Below are positions 11,811-24,157 of a stretch of DNA of 64,000 nucleotides, in pieces. The position numbers and the translations under genes are program-made. Under the pieces are notes generated by a model. That model saw only the letters and a program-made list of their open reading frames with translations, was not told where the DNA came from and made no database searches. The stretch covers positions 44,516,001 through 44,580,000 of the forward strand of contig OX597818.1 in NCBI GenBank assembly GCA_951406725.2, read 5' to 3'. Every line of letters starts with the position of its first letter. Positions within the stretch are counted from its first letter, which is position 1. Origin of the DNA: Octopus vulgaris (Eukaryota).

Positions 11811-12558
11811 TATATGTGTGTGTAAAGAAAGAGATAGAGACAAAGAAAGAGATAGAGACAGACAGACAGATAGTGTGATAGACTGAATGTCATTTTAATT
11901 CTACATACCAGCATGAAACATGGGCAGTAAATGAAGGCAATGCCTTTCTCACTCACTATTTGATCATCCCCTATTGTCCAACACAAAACATAAAAAGCAC
12001 ACAATGAAAATTATTGTAAGTGGTGACAGAGGTAGATTTTGATTTTATGAGGTAGATTTTGCTTCTATTTCTAGCAGGTCATGCAACTACCAAGATGTTC
12101 CTTCAACACTTTAGACTACGTATAATGCTGGGTTTTGTGCAATTTGGTATTTGTTAGGCTATTCCAGAGAAAGGCATCATGGAAATTACTTTACACTAAA
12201 CTGGATGAGTAAAGGTCACAAGTCACGTTATGTCCAATAAAGAAGAATATGAGTTTTTTATTGTTAAGCTTGGGTCGTTAAGTTATTTCTGATGGAGCTA
12301 ATGTGTTTTGTTTGTATGTAATATTAGTTAGGATCCAGAGTCATGAGACTTTGCACTGTTGCTATAAATAGTTGAAGATGTTTGTTAAAGCTGTAATCCT
12401 TAGAGTCTTCTTATATATATATATAGTCTAGACTTGCATTCTTGGTGAATGCATGTCTAGATATGAGTGTGCATATGCTTACATATATATATAAGCATAC
12501 GCACACTCATATCTATACACACACACACACATACATATATGCACACATATATATACAT

Positions 12559-12601
<43 letters not shown>

Positions 12602-12631
12602 ATGTATATATATATAATATATATATATGCA

Positions 12632-12838
12632 CTCTTTTACTTGTTTCAGTCATTTGACTGTGGCCATGCTGGAGCACCACCTTTATAGTCGAGCAAATCG
12701 ACCCCAGAGCTTATTCTTTGGAAGCCTAGTACTTATTCTATCAGTCTCTTTTGCTGAACCACTAAGTTACAGGGACATAAACACACCAGCATTGGTTGTC
12801 AAGTGATGTTGGGGGGACAAACACAGACACACAAACAT

Positions 12839-12840
<2 letters not shown>
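12632..12840 (-). mobile_element. SINE family A, 3' half
   Basis: ctcttttacttgtttcagtcatttgactgtggccatgctggagcacc...gggacaaacacagac. Confidence 0.85.
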
Positions 12841-12872
<32 letters not shown>

Positions 12873-13432
12873 GTGTGTGTGTGGATATAGGAGGTGGAGT
12901 GAGAGAGAGGAAGAGAGAATGTAAGGGTATGTGAGAGAGCAGATAGCCAGCCAATGCATTATGCTGTCACTGTTATGGTTGGTGGAAGACAAAGGTGAAG
13001 AGAAAGGGAGAAATGTCAAAGGGGGGAATTATATGGTTAAAAAGTTTGCTGAAGAGAAAGAGAGAAAGATAAAGTGCTTAGCAGAATGAAATTTTAAAAT
13101 CATATAAATGTTTGTGACCAGAAGTGAAATAATGAACTGAAATAAATTAGGAAAAGAAAAATATAAATTCAAATCATCCTTTCTTTCTTAAATAGTTTCT
13201 CTTAATCTTTTTTGTTCTGTGGAATTTCCATGGGTTCTACTAGTTTGTTTATAATTTTTAAATCGTTTTTGTTCTTTATTTTATTCTAACTTCATCCTTA
13301 GTAATTAAAGTAATGATAATATATTCTTCTTTTTTCAGAGTGAAATTTGAGTTTTACAAGTCAATACACAAAGGTGTGTCAGTCCAGTTTAGTCAGTGAA
13401 GACAAATGTAATTGACTGTGCCTTATGCCTTA

Positions 13433-13758
13433 TTAACCCATAAAGCACTGAGATTTGCACTTACATAGCATGGACTGTTAAGCATATTTTATGAAAATGC
13501 GACTACCATGCACACTTAAAAAATAAAAAAATAGTTAAAATACTTCCTTAGTATACAATGGTGGAAAGTTTTACATTATCTGAAAAGTCATTAGTTGAAC
13601 TATTGGCCCTCTTGCATTCTGAGAGGTATCAGAGCGTTTGAGTGACATTAGACCCCAACAAACGCCCATAAATTAAATGTATCAATCTGGGCCACGATCG
13701 TGGCCTGTCAATCTTGCCTGACGGCCACAATCGTGGCCTGTCACACTTTATGTGTTAA
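13433..13758. mobile_element. piggyBac-like MITE
   Basis: TTAA at 13433-36 and 13755-58; imperfect TIR cccataaagcactga / cacataaagtgtga; two subterminal palindromes ggccac(g/a)atcgtggcc at 13690 and 13723. Confidence 0.7.
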
Positions 13759-14790
13759 AAAGCCATGGACTGTCACAATTGACCATTTTGACATAAAATC
13801 TGTTCCATACGCCGTTGTGTGGTGTCAGTATGTAGGTTTGTGAGTGAGACAGCTATATATATTTTGCATACTAGCAAAAGTTCTCAATGGCTTTAAATGC
13901 AAAGTTTTACTGATGGCAATATGATAAAACTTACTATAAATGTATTATGTATTTAAAAGGCAGGCTGAATGATGTCAATGCCTTTATGACAGAAATTCCA
14001 TTCACTGAAGAACAGCAGATTCTGTATGACCCAATGGATGTCTATTGTCTGCCAAGTAAGTTAAGTGCATCAGAAAGCATCTAAGTGAATGAGTTTTCAA
14101 AATGGGATAAGTGCATGCACGGGTGTATATGAGTGTGTGGTGCAAGGTAAAAAGATGTGGGAGAAATATTGGTGATTGTTCAGAAATAAGCAGAATAAGA
14201 AAGATATGAAATAAGCTGTACTTAAACAATTTGTACAAGTAGTGCAATTAGATAGATAACTGAAAAAAGGTAAAAATTATGGGGAAGAGAGACAGGAAAA
14301 AGTTTTGGACTTTTAAGCACTTATCTATTATTCTTTTGTATTGTTTTGCAAAATTCGATGTTGGAAGTGGTTTAGATTTTTCTTGTCACTAAGTGTGATA
14401 TATATATATATATATACTTTAGGTATGGTAGATGAGTTCAGCAAAAATTTAGATTCAGATGAATATGGTACTTAAGTTGAGGCAGCAGAATTTAGTATGG
14501 TATTATCCTTACAATTTCAAAATAAGGTGTTTGTCTATCTCCTTAACTTCTTGGAGACAGTTTGAACAGTTTGTATTGGAGCTTCCAGTACAAATGCCAA
14601 GCAGTATAGCATGTTGTTTCCAAATCTCTGTCATGGTGCTGTTTTTCTCACAGACAGTGCCCAACTGGCCCTTTATCATACTAATGTTGGTGTCATGAAA
14701 AAAGTGTAGTCGACAAAATCAAAAACAAACAATGTGCATGCATGAAATTAAAAATATAAAATGGTGACAATTTGTATGCATGTATATGTA

Positions 14791-15160
14791 TATAAACAAT
14801 TATAAATAAGGGCAAAACAAAAAAGGTTTTCTATGCCAATATGCTGAAAAATAGACTTTAGATTGTCTAACCACTTACAATATTTTTCACTATAAATACA
14901 CAATGTGTTCAAACGAGGAAAGCAAGCTAACAGAAATTTTTTAAAAATTCATTATCTTGCTTTCCTCATTTGAACACATTGTGTATTTATAGTGAAAAAT
15001 ATTGTAAGTGGTTGGGCAATCTAAAGTCTATTTTTCAGCACATTGGCATAGAAAACAGCTTTTCTTTTGCCCTTATTTATAATTGTTTATAATTTTCACA
15101 AAAGGTATTTTAATATGCTGGCCACTAATGTTTTTGAAAAATGTTATCCTTATTTTAGAA
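14791..15160. repeat. Long foldback plus unpaired tail between TA-rich tracts (Penelope-like terminus architecture)
   Basis: Arms 14791-14930 and 14952-15091 are near-perfect reverse complements; about 70 bp of extra sequence follows before (TA)n. Confidence 0.85.
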
Positions 15161-15187
15161 GTATATATATATATATATATGTATATA

Positions 15188-15362
15188 GCAAAGTGAAATT
15201 ATAAGGTACCACACGAGTGGAAATATATATGAAAGAAGGTTTGAAAATGCAATTTTAAAGGTGTTTATACACTTCACCGGTTTCACTTTTTCTAAAAAAG
15301 TTAAACCGGTCAAGTGGATAAACACCTTTAAAATTGCATTTTCAAACCTTCTTTCATATATA
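15188..15362. repeat. Foldback with 3-nt loop in (TA)n, carrying the 3' half of a hammerhead
   Basis: Arms 15224-15291 and 15295-15362; the arm consensus reads GAAACCGGTC next to the apex. Confidence 0.85.
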
Positions 15363-15384
15363 TACATATGTGTACGTATGAATT

Positions 15385-15416
<32 letters not shown>

Positions 15417-16139
15417 ATGCTACTAGTTATGTACCTCTCTTTCTGAAACCACTTCCTTTTGAATTTCATCTCTCATTTTCAATAGCATCCCTTCCGACTT
15501 TATTTTCCACTGATCACCCTCTAATCTTTAACACCCTCTAATACTTACCACTAACACTTGCATCTTCAGCCCCCACTGTACTACAAGCTCCTCTACATAC
15601 TTCTGACTTCCATCTCTACAACTGTATTTCTCTTTCATCCCATTCTCCCACCTTGGACATCACATCTCTATATTCTGATCTCTCTACAGACTTATCCTGC
15701 TACTCCCCACTCTTCATGTACTTCCACTTAACCCCTCCTCCTTCCTCAGTCACTCCTATTTCATTCACCTTCTCTCCTTCCATACTGATATTTACTATTG
15801 ACCTTACCTTTGTTCATTCTTCACTACATTCACATCTATCTCATTCTCTAACCATCTGTTACTCTCCTCTCATACTCTTATGAACCTGTTCACCCACCCA
15901 CCCATCCATCCTGATCCTTTGGCAATATTCTCTCTTGTACTCATCCTTTTATAATCTTGTTAACACTATCTTTGTCTTCTTACCAGTAACCCTTACACAC
16001 TCTCATATAATGCTGGGTAACCATATATCTCCTCAATAGCAAGACACTTGTACCTGGCCCTTTATCATACTTTAGCCTCTCAACCCCTGGCCTAAACCCA
16101 TCTCTCTCTCTACTAGAATTCTATTCAGTTTGGGTGTCT

Positions 16140-16369
16140 TTCTCTGTGTCTTGCAAATTATATAGCAACCTTACTAATGTTGGTGTCATGAAAAATGTAC
16201 CCACAACATTCAGTAAAATGATTGGCATTAGGAAGGGCACCCAGCCACAGAACACATGTCAAAGCAAGCACTGGAGATCAACGGAGTCCTCCAACTCACT
16301 GGATCCTGTTATACCATCCATTTTATGCTAGCACGGAAGACAAACATTAGATGAGGATGATGATGATGA
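16140..16369 (+). mobile_element. Old SINE family C copy (another at about 16800-17005)
   Basis: attggcattaggaagggcacccagc core and (GAT)n tail. Confidence 0.7.
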
Positions 16370-17114
16370 CTAAAGTTAAATAAGTCTTCTTTCTTTCTTT
16401 ATTTATTTATTTACAGATATAAAATATCTGAATTTTTTTAAAGAAACAGTAGAATACTGCTTATCTCATATTTTTTTCTGTGTGAGAGTAGTTGTCTAAC
16501 ACTGGAGATTCAATCTTTGTCTAAATCCAGACATTTTATATCTGTATATAATTAAATAAATAAATAAAAGATAGCTCCATTTTTGAGTTATTCTTCTATC
16601 ATTATAAAAATATCTTGCTATACAATTCAAAGATCTGTCTGTCTCTCTGTATATAAATAATAGTGTGTGTAATACCATATATATATATGTGCATGTGCTT
16701 CTCAATTCATGACACACTCTCCCTTTTTCTTGCACATTCTCTTTCAGGTCTCTGGACTTCTTGAAATTTTTTAGTCTTGCAAGTTTCAAAATGGTCTCAA
16801 TAGTGGTGGAACCATTAAAATAAACCCCCAGTACATGGAGTAAACTGGCTGGCAATAGGGAAGGTAATAGGAAAGGCATCCAGCTGTAAAAAAACAAACA
16901 TTCTGAAACAAACACTGGAATATAGTTCTCCAAGTCATTGGATCCCGCCAAACTGCCCAATTTATGTCAACATGGAGAAAGAACAAAAATAATGATATTA
17001 ATGATTATACACAGACTCACAGACACACATACACACACACATACATACATATCATTGTAATATATACATGTGAGTGCGTAATTGTAATATATATGTATAC
17101 ATATATATATAATT

Positions 17115-17346
17115 AAGGTGGCGAGCTGGCAGAAATGTTAGCACGCCTGGCGAAATGCATAGCCGTATTTTGTCTGTCATTATGTTCTGAGTTCAAATTG
17201 CGTCACGGTCGACTTTGCCTTTCATCCTTTCGGGGTTGATAAATAAAGTACCAGTTTTGCACTGGGGTCAATGTAATCGGCTTAATCCCTTTATCTGTCC
17301 TTGTTTGTCCCCTCTATGTTTAGCCCCTTGTGGGCAATAAAGAAAT
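17115..17346 (+). mobile_element. SINE family B, full length
   Basis: aaggtggcgagctggcagaa...gagttcaaatt (B box)...gtcgactttgcctttcatcctttcgggg...ccccttgtgggcaataaagaaat. Confidence 0.9.
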
Positions 17347-17882
17347 ATATATATATATAATATAATTAAGTTAGATAGGGCCAGTTTATAGGATTACACT
17401 GGGTTTTACCTCCGCAAAGTGCTTAGCTTTATGGCATATCCTCAGATCCCAAAACTTGTTGGCTTAAAGCCTCTCTAGAATATAGAGGAGGAAAGGACCT
17501 CATTACTCAATGTCAACAACAAGGGATTGTCTTTCTTTGGCTATTGATTGCAATGCAATTGTAAGATCCAAGGATCTAAGTGTTGGATGCTTGTAAGCTT
17601 TGAACATTCCATGTTAGGTGAACGAAACAATGTCAGGAACAATAATAATTTATTAGTGTTCAAGGTTGTAGGGTTTTCTCCTATCGAAGTTCAATAAACT
17701 GAAAAAGTTTATGCATAACTCAGGGTTAGCAATTAGAGTTGAGATGAATGCAAATAAAAGTCCATCCCCTCCTCACCGTGGCAACGGGTAGTGTCAGAGC
17801 TATGCCGTCGGGAACTTCGGTTTATGGTAGGGCCACCCAAGGCGGATTGGTCTGACACTGAGTGGTATTAGGGCCACAACCA

Positions 17883-18180
17883 GGCAGACTTAGTGGTTAT
17901 AGGTATTTGGATCACAATTGTAAGGTTGTGAGTTCAACGATGGCAGCACAATGTGTTCTTTTGCAAGACACTTTATTTCCTGTTGCTTCAATCCACTCAG
18001 CTGGCAAAAATGAAGAGAATCTGTATTTTACAGAGGCCAATCTTGTCACATTCTGTGTCATGCTGAATCTTCCTGAGAACTACGTTAAGGGAACATGTAT
18101 CTGTGGAGTGCTCAGCCACATACATTGTTCCATTGATTGGATCAACTGGAACCCTCTTTTGTCATAAGCGACAGTGTGCT
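17883..18180 (+). mobile_element. Old CORE-type SINE (family E)
   Basis: tRNA-like head followed by gcaagacactttatttc...ttgcttcaatccactcagctggcaaaaatga, a CORE-like domain shared with 40350, 45440 and 51198. Confidence 0.65.
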
Positions 18181-19072
18181 AGTTATATAATATATGTGTG
18201 TCTGTGTTTATACTATATTGACAAGAAGCCTTGACAGGTTACAGTTTACAACAATATTTGTAATATATAAGGTGTAGGTTACATTTCACAGCAACAGATA
18301 CAATATTCTTGATGTGGTATTATGTTTTTGGGTCATTAAAATAATGCACAAGCCATGTGTTGGGATTGGCTGACTGCTCCAACTTTTCACTATTTACAGG
18401 TTTTAATAAGGTACATTTAAATTTTACAGTATCATTAGCATGTCAGAATATGGTACAAGTTGCAATTAAAGACTATATATATATTTTATATTATTATAGA
18501 TGTTGTTCTATATATCGATTTTTCCATTCCACTCTAAGATATAGGCTGCGTATGCAATATTACATTTCATAATATGACACAGCTGTATTTCAGAGCTTCA
18601 TTCACAATATTTCATAACAATGATAAAGATTATAGCTTACGGTAATATTTACATTTTTACACTATTTTGCAGAATGTAATTTATAAGAATATTTACATTA
18701 TTTCGCAATATGGCACAGAATGTAGTTTACAATGATGTTTATAACACGGCAGATGGAAATTCCCATCAAATATTCACAACATTCTCACTAATATTATACT
18801 GGTTGCAGGATGTAGGAAGTCAACCTTATACTATATCAAAAAAGATATTAAATCTGCATTACACCTAAAAGTTCTTTAAGAACAACAATTTTTGTGTATA
18901 CCTTAGGCGGTAATAACACACTCTAACAGTGTGTAATATTAATTAGTAACTTTTAACTCTTTTTAGTCTTACTTAAAAGTACATATAGTCTATGACTAAA
19001 TGCAGGCTGGAACAAATATAGTTTAAATGTATTGAATGATTGATCCATGCTTGATAATACACTATCTCCTCT

Positions 19073-19308
19073 AAGGTGGCGGCAAGCTGGCAGAAATGTT
19101 AGAGCGCCGGGCAAAATGCTTAGCGGTATTTCGTCTGTCGTTATGTTCTGAGTTCAAATTCCGCCGAGGTCGACTTTGCCTTTCATCCTTTCAGGGTCGA
19201 TAAATAAAGTACCAGTTTCACACTGGGGTTGACGTAAGCGACTTAATCTCTTTGTCTGTCCTTGTTTGTCCCCTCTATGTTTAGCCCCTTGTGGGCAGTA
19301 AAGAAATA
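19073..19308 (+). mobile_element. SINE family B with 17-bp TSD
   Basis: aatacactatctcctct on both sides (19056-19072 and 19309-19325). Confidence 0.9.
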
Positions 19309-19419
19309 AATACACTATCTCCTCTTCTGCTGCTCCCCTCATACATACACACACACATGTATCATTCTAATATACTTTCACCTCCTTCAATACTTTTTCC
19401 CACTTAGTTGGAGAGAGGG

Positions 19420-19865
19420 CTTGTCTTGTGAGTATTTGGCGATCTCACTGGTACTGGTACCATGAAAAACACACCTGGTACATTTTGCAAAAGTTTTTGC
19501 CAGGACTGCCGTTGCCATTACCGTCTGACTGGCCCTCGTGCCAGTGGCACGTAAAAGCACCCACTACACTCTCGGAGTGGTTGGCATTAGGAAGGGCATC
19601 CAGCTGTAGAAACTCTGCCAAATTAAGATTGGAGCCTGGTGCAGCCATCTGGTTCACCGGACCTCAGTCAAATCGTCCAACCCATGTTAGCATGGAAAGC
19701 GTACATTAAACGATGATGATGATGATGTTGGTTCTAGAAAGGTCATCCAGCTATAGAAACCACATCAAAGTAGACATTAGAGATTAGCACCATTCTCTGG
19801 CTCATTGGTCTCTGTTGAACCATCCATTCCACGCCAGCATGGAAAAAGTACAGTTAATGATGATG
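19420..19865 (+). mobile_element. Young SINE C (about 19500-19726) nested in an older SINE C
   Basis: Two successive catccagct cores and two (GAT)n tails. Confidence 0.75.
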
Positions 19866-20089
19866 CAACGGATTATTAAATGGGTCTTTCTAGTATTGAG
19901 GTTACATATAAATATTATGTTTGAATCAACTTTTAGCCTTACCTCATGAACAGATAAGGATTAATTTGCCTAAAATTTTACATTTACATTTTGCTTGTCA
20001 TCTCCAGCTGATTTGTTATTTATTCTTTTATATTATGTAACTTAACCTGGTAAGAGATTCAGAATTCTATTATTTAGTTACTAAGTATT

Positions 20090-20590
20090 TTTCCTTTCTG
20101 TTCTGGCAAGCAAATTCAATGTTGTTTGCTTTTTCCACTGTTCTTTGTCAAGGTTAACAAATACCCATATAAAATCCCTGCAATATCTCCCTTTTAAACT
20201 ATCTCTTGTATTTCCATGATGTTCCCATCTGAACTTAGTAAATGTTCTACTTCATAACTGCAGCAACTAATGGTTACATGTTGCATCACTGCATTATCTT
20301 ATGTTGATGTTGAGTCTGAGAATCTTTACATATTTCCATAATGTGATTACTCGAAGCAATTTGCTATTATTTCTGTGGTGAAATCTCTTGGTTACTATAA
20401 ATGATGTTTGGCAAAAGTCTTCACTGAGAGGAGAAAGATTTCCTCAGAATGATTTATTGTTCCTCGTTATGGTTTTCAATAGGCTACTATTGTAGGTTAA
20501 GCATTCACAGAAAAAAACTGATGCTTCCTTTATTATCATTAGGACAGCACTGGTTTATTCTTTGAGAACTTTCTCAGGGAATTTGCATGG
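20090..20590 (-). mobile_element. Highly degenerate LINE RT relic (probably RTE)
   Basis: Fragmentary resemblance to GxxQGCVL and LGS..DG.I..EI motifs across several frameshifts. Confidence 0.3.
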
Positions 20591-20596
20591 ATGATA

Positions 20597-20971
20597 CTCT
20601 TTACTCTTTTACTTGTTTCAGTCATTTGACTGTGGCCATGCTGGAGCACTGCCTTTAGTCGATCAAATCGACCCCAGGATTTATTCCTTGTTCTATTGGT
20701 CTCTTTTGCTGAACCGCTAAGTTACGGGGACATAAACACACCAGCATCGGTTGTCGAGTGATGTTGGGGGGACAAACACAGACACATAAACATATACACA
20801 CATATACATACATACATTTATATATATATATATATACATATGCGACGAGCTTCTTTCAGTTTCTGTCTGCCAAATCCACTCACAAGGCTTTGGTCGGCCC
20901 GAGGCTATAGTGTAAGACACTTGCCCAAGGTGCTATGCAGCGGGACTGAACCCAGAACCACTCCTGCACCT
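20597..20971 (-). mobile_element. SINE family A with a deletion in the head
   Basis: Matches 1537-1943. Confidence 0.85.
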
Positions 20972-21643
20972 ATATAGTTAATAATTCAAAGATGGGTACA
21001 GGAAAACACAGTCTGCAGTGAACTATCTTGCAACCATTCTGCCAAACAACAGCAATAATAGTTGTTGCATATGGCAGCACATAATTACCAAATATGTTGC
21101 AATATTCTCCAGGGCCACCAAGGAAACAAAACCTGTGTTCTGCATCACTGTCATCCAAACTTTCTGCGTTGCCATCAAATATGCCATGTTGCAGCTCATT
21201 TAAACTTTGTATTTTAATGTCAACAGCAGTAGCATTCTCTACATGAACTTCGCTAATGTCGTTATTAAATATTGGCACACATTCAGGTAATCCTAAGTTG
21301 TGGCAGGGTAAACCGTGAGTAACAAGTGCTTACCGAATATCATGCAGTGCACTGTTACAAGCTTCTACGTTTGTTTTGCTCTCTGCTATGAAATCTTGAA
21401 TAAAGTGCTGCTCAAACAGCTGGAATAGCGACAGCAGATCACTCTGTCTATTTAGGGCACATATAACAGCACAAAATTCTCTCAGTTGGGGAGGCATTCT
21501 GACTTCTACTGCTTCTGATATGCATTGCACCCATTCCTCATTATTTAGCAAATTTATGCTCTCAACTGCTGCTTTCTATGTGTTGTAGATAATACTGTTG
21601 TTAGTGTGGATGCCTTTAAAGCTTGTTGGTTCCATTTACATGC
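20972..21643 (-). mobile_element. Helitron Rep-Hel coding relic (linker plus start of PIF1-like helicase)
   Basis: LLNNEEWVQCISEAVEVRMPPQLREF, LNELQHGIFD, FCFLGGPG (truncated Walker A), YATTIIA and VHCRLCFPV correspond to Helitron LLxxDxEWxxCLxEA..PxQLRxLF..FLDGPGGTGKT..AxTGIAA..HSxFxxP. Confidence 0.8.
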
Positions 21644-21687
<44 letters not shown>

Positions 21688-22078
21688 TAATAATAATAAT
21701 ATCTGAAGTAAAATTTCTCATTTTCCTTTGGTTGTCTTGTGTGTATTTTAGGAATTATTTAATCCCCTCTATGTATTCTCTGTTTCCGTGTGTTCTTTAT
21801 TCAAAGAGATAATGTTAAGTAATTTCCAAGCAGAGATATTTAAAGGAAGCTTTGTCCATTTCATTTAATCTGAAACATGCCACGAGAAAAGTGTTGCTGT
21901 CTTGGATATTTTAAGATGCGAGTGTCTTCTTGAAAGTAAACTATTGGAAGAAGTACATTTTCTGTTCCAACAACCTTTATACTGTTTCTGGAGAACTGGA
22001 CATAATGATCATTTATGTACTGCATGATACCATCCTAGATAAAAACATTATGTTCTTACATGTGTATTCATGCAGAGC

Positions 22079-22120
<42 letters not shown>

Positions 22121-22211
22121 GTGATATCTGGTTGATAACTGATGGAGTTTGAGCTTGCCTGGATCTATTATGTGTATGTTCTGTTATTCTATATGTCCTC
22201 CTATGCCAGGT

Positions 22212-22251
<40 letters not shown>

Positions 22252-22256
<5 letters not shown>

Positions 22257-22770
22257 TAAGGATAAGTGAGGCAGGTCGATATGCAAAAAATACTAAATAC
22301 ATTTAATACAAAAGAAGGTCTGGCTTACACAGAAAAGAAATGATATCAGGAATTAAAGGTGCTGAATAAGAGTTTTATTAACCCTTTATTTTCTCCTCTC
22401 ACTACTCTCAATCTAAATGCCTCCCAACTCCTCCTTCTAATACACTTAGTTCTCCATAAAATAACCCCATCCTTAATGTTTCTCTCAACACCTCAAATCT
22501 AAGACTTCTTCCCTGAAGATAGAAGCTGGTATTATCCAACAGCTTTTGGACTCATAGAACTCGTATTCAACTCCTTTAATTCCTGATATCATTTCTTTTC
22601 TGTGTAAGTTAAACCTTATTTTATATGTAAACATATATACATTTTTTGTATTAATGTATTTAATATTTTTTGTATTTTGATCTGCTTTACTTATCCTTAC
22701 ATTTTCTCCTCTACATGCTCAAGTTTAAACCTCTTAAACACTACTATATGGAGATACCTGTTTCTCATCT
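22252..22770 (+). mobile_element. Penelope-like terminus with inverted arms and decayed hammerhead, in (TA)n
   Basis: Exact 36-bp inverted match 22324-22359 / 22573-22608 within longer arms. CTGAAGA at 22513-22519 is followed by the stem agaagctg/cagctttt. Confidence 0.7.
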
Positions 22771-22832
22771 ATAAATATATATATATATATATGTGTTAGT
22801 TTGTTTTTTATGTTCAGTTATAATAGAAAGAA

Positions 22833-22918
22833 ACGTGTTAACAACAAACAAGATGAGGACAAATATCCGTCGAATGTAAATAATGTACATAATTCCTCAT
22901 CTCTTAAATATAGAACTG
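22833..22918 (+). mobile_element. 86-bp insertion of the same family as 5510, with 14-bp TSD
   Basis: tataatagaaagaa at 22819-22832 and 22919-22932; internal 9-bp inverted repeat agatgagga/tcctcatct. Confidence 0.8.
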
Positions 22919-23087
22919 TATAATAGAAAGAAGTTTACATTAATCTGATGGGTTACTCTATACTTTTGTAGAGGACAAATTTATTATTCTTCAACATGAA
23001 TATTATTGACAGGGACTTTGAAGTTTCAGCTAGTTAATCCATCATTCAACAATGGCTTAACCTGTCCAAACTTTGAAGTCCCTGTCA

Positions 23088-23155
<68 letters not shown>

Positions 23156-23849
23156 ATATTCCACACTTTATGGAAGGCAGATTCTAGTATAAATGTGACA
23201 AATGTGTTTGTTTAGTGCCGATTGTGACATTTCTGAAGTCTATAGAAAATCCTTTGGTGCATTTATTGTTTTCCAATAGGCTACACCAAAGTTCGCTTCA
23301 TGACAGGGCTCATGAATCTGACCTTTCCTTTACAATATAAAAGAAGGATGGCTCTAAAACTAAGTATGGAAGCTTTGGACACATTTTATCAATTGATAAA
23401 GTGAGAGTGTGGAGACACTGAAAATTTGTTAGTCATATAAATATGAAGAGATTATAAGCAGGAATTAACACACATATTTGAAACTTAATGGAATAACACA
23501 AATTGCAAACTAGTGGTGACTTGTAGCTAAAATTAGTAGGGGCTAAAATTGTAGCTAAAATTAGTTGCTTCAGAAATTTTTTGGCCATTGTTTTAATATT
23601 GTGTAAAAGGAAACAAACATATAAAAACAAAATTTATACATCAATTTGATTGGTTCACATTTTAGCCACTGCTGGGTAGTGTGCTTAATTTGTTCACTGA
23701 ACGCCGCCACAAATTCTCCCTTGTTTTTCAAATCCCACTCCCTAAATCACAAAATAAGTGGGGGTAAATGTGCCCTATTTTTCAAATCCTGGTAGCAACA
23801 CTGAAGCTGGAAACAGGATAATAATCTAATTGAAAGGTGCCAATCAGGT

Positions 23850-23992
23850 GGTTGATTTCTCTTTTCTGATAATCCAAGCTTATCTAGACTGACAGTTTGG
23901 CATTTACTTACAAAACCAAGTATTCCAATTACTATTGGTATAAATGTAAATTTGTAATCCAGATATAAAAGTTGGGGGTTTCGAAGCAGCAT
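23850..23992 (-). mobile_element. R4/Dong-like LINE C-terminal (RLE) relic
   Basis: LLRNPQLLYLDYKFTFIPIVIGILGFVSK..LDKLG matches the RLE-clade terminal IPIVIGALG motif. Confidence 0.65.
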
Positions 23993-24032
23993 GTATGTAC
24001 GTTTGTAGGTATCTATCTATGCATATGTGTGA

Positions 24033-24065
<33 letters not shown>

Positions 24066-24157
24066 AAGTTAATCCAAACAAGAAAGCACAAAAAAACACA
24101 ACAACGCGAGGACATGGAACAAACATAGTATTATTGGACGCTCAGGAAAGAAGAAGG

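Noticed and set aside
15430-16130. Strongly C/T-skewed 700-bp tract
   Set aside because: Low-complexity sequence with no motif or credible ORF.
17724-17866. HDV-like ribozyme fold
   Set aside because: P1 and P3 need several mismatches; kept only as an RTE-UTR-like structured motif.
17862-17877. gtggtattagggccac resembling pistol ribozyme P1/L1
   Set aside because: The downstream CCCUAA pseudoknot partner and P2/P3 are absent.
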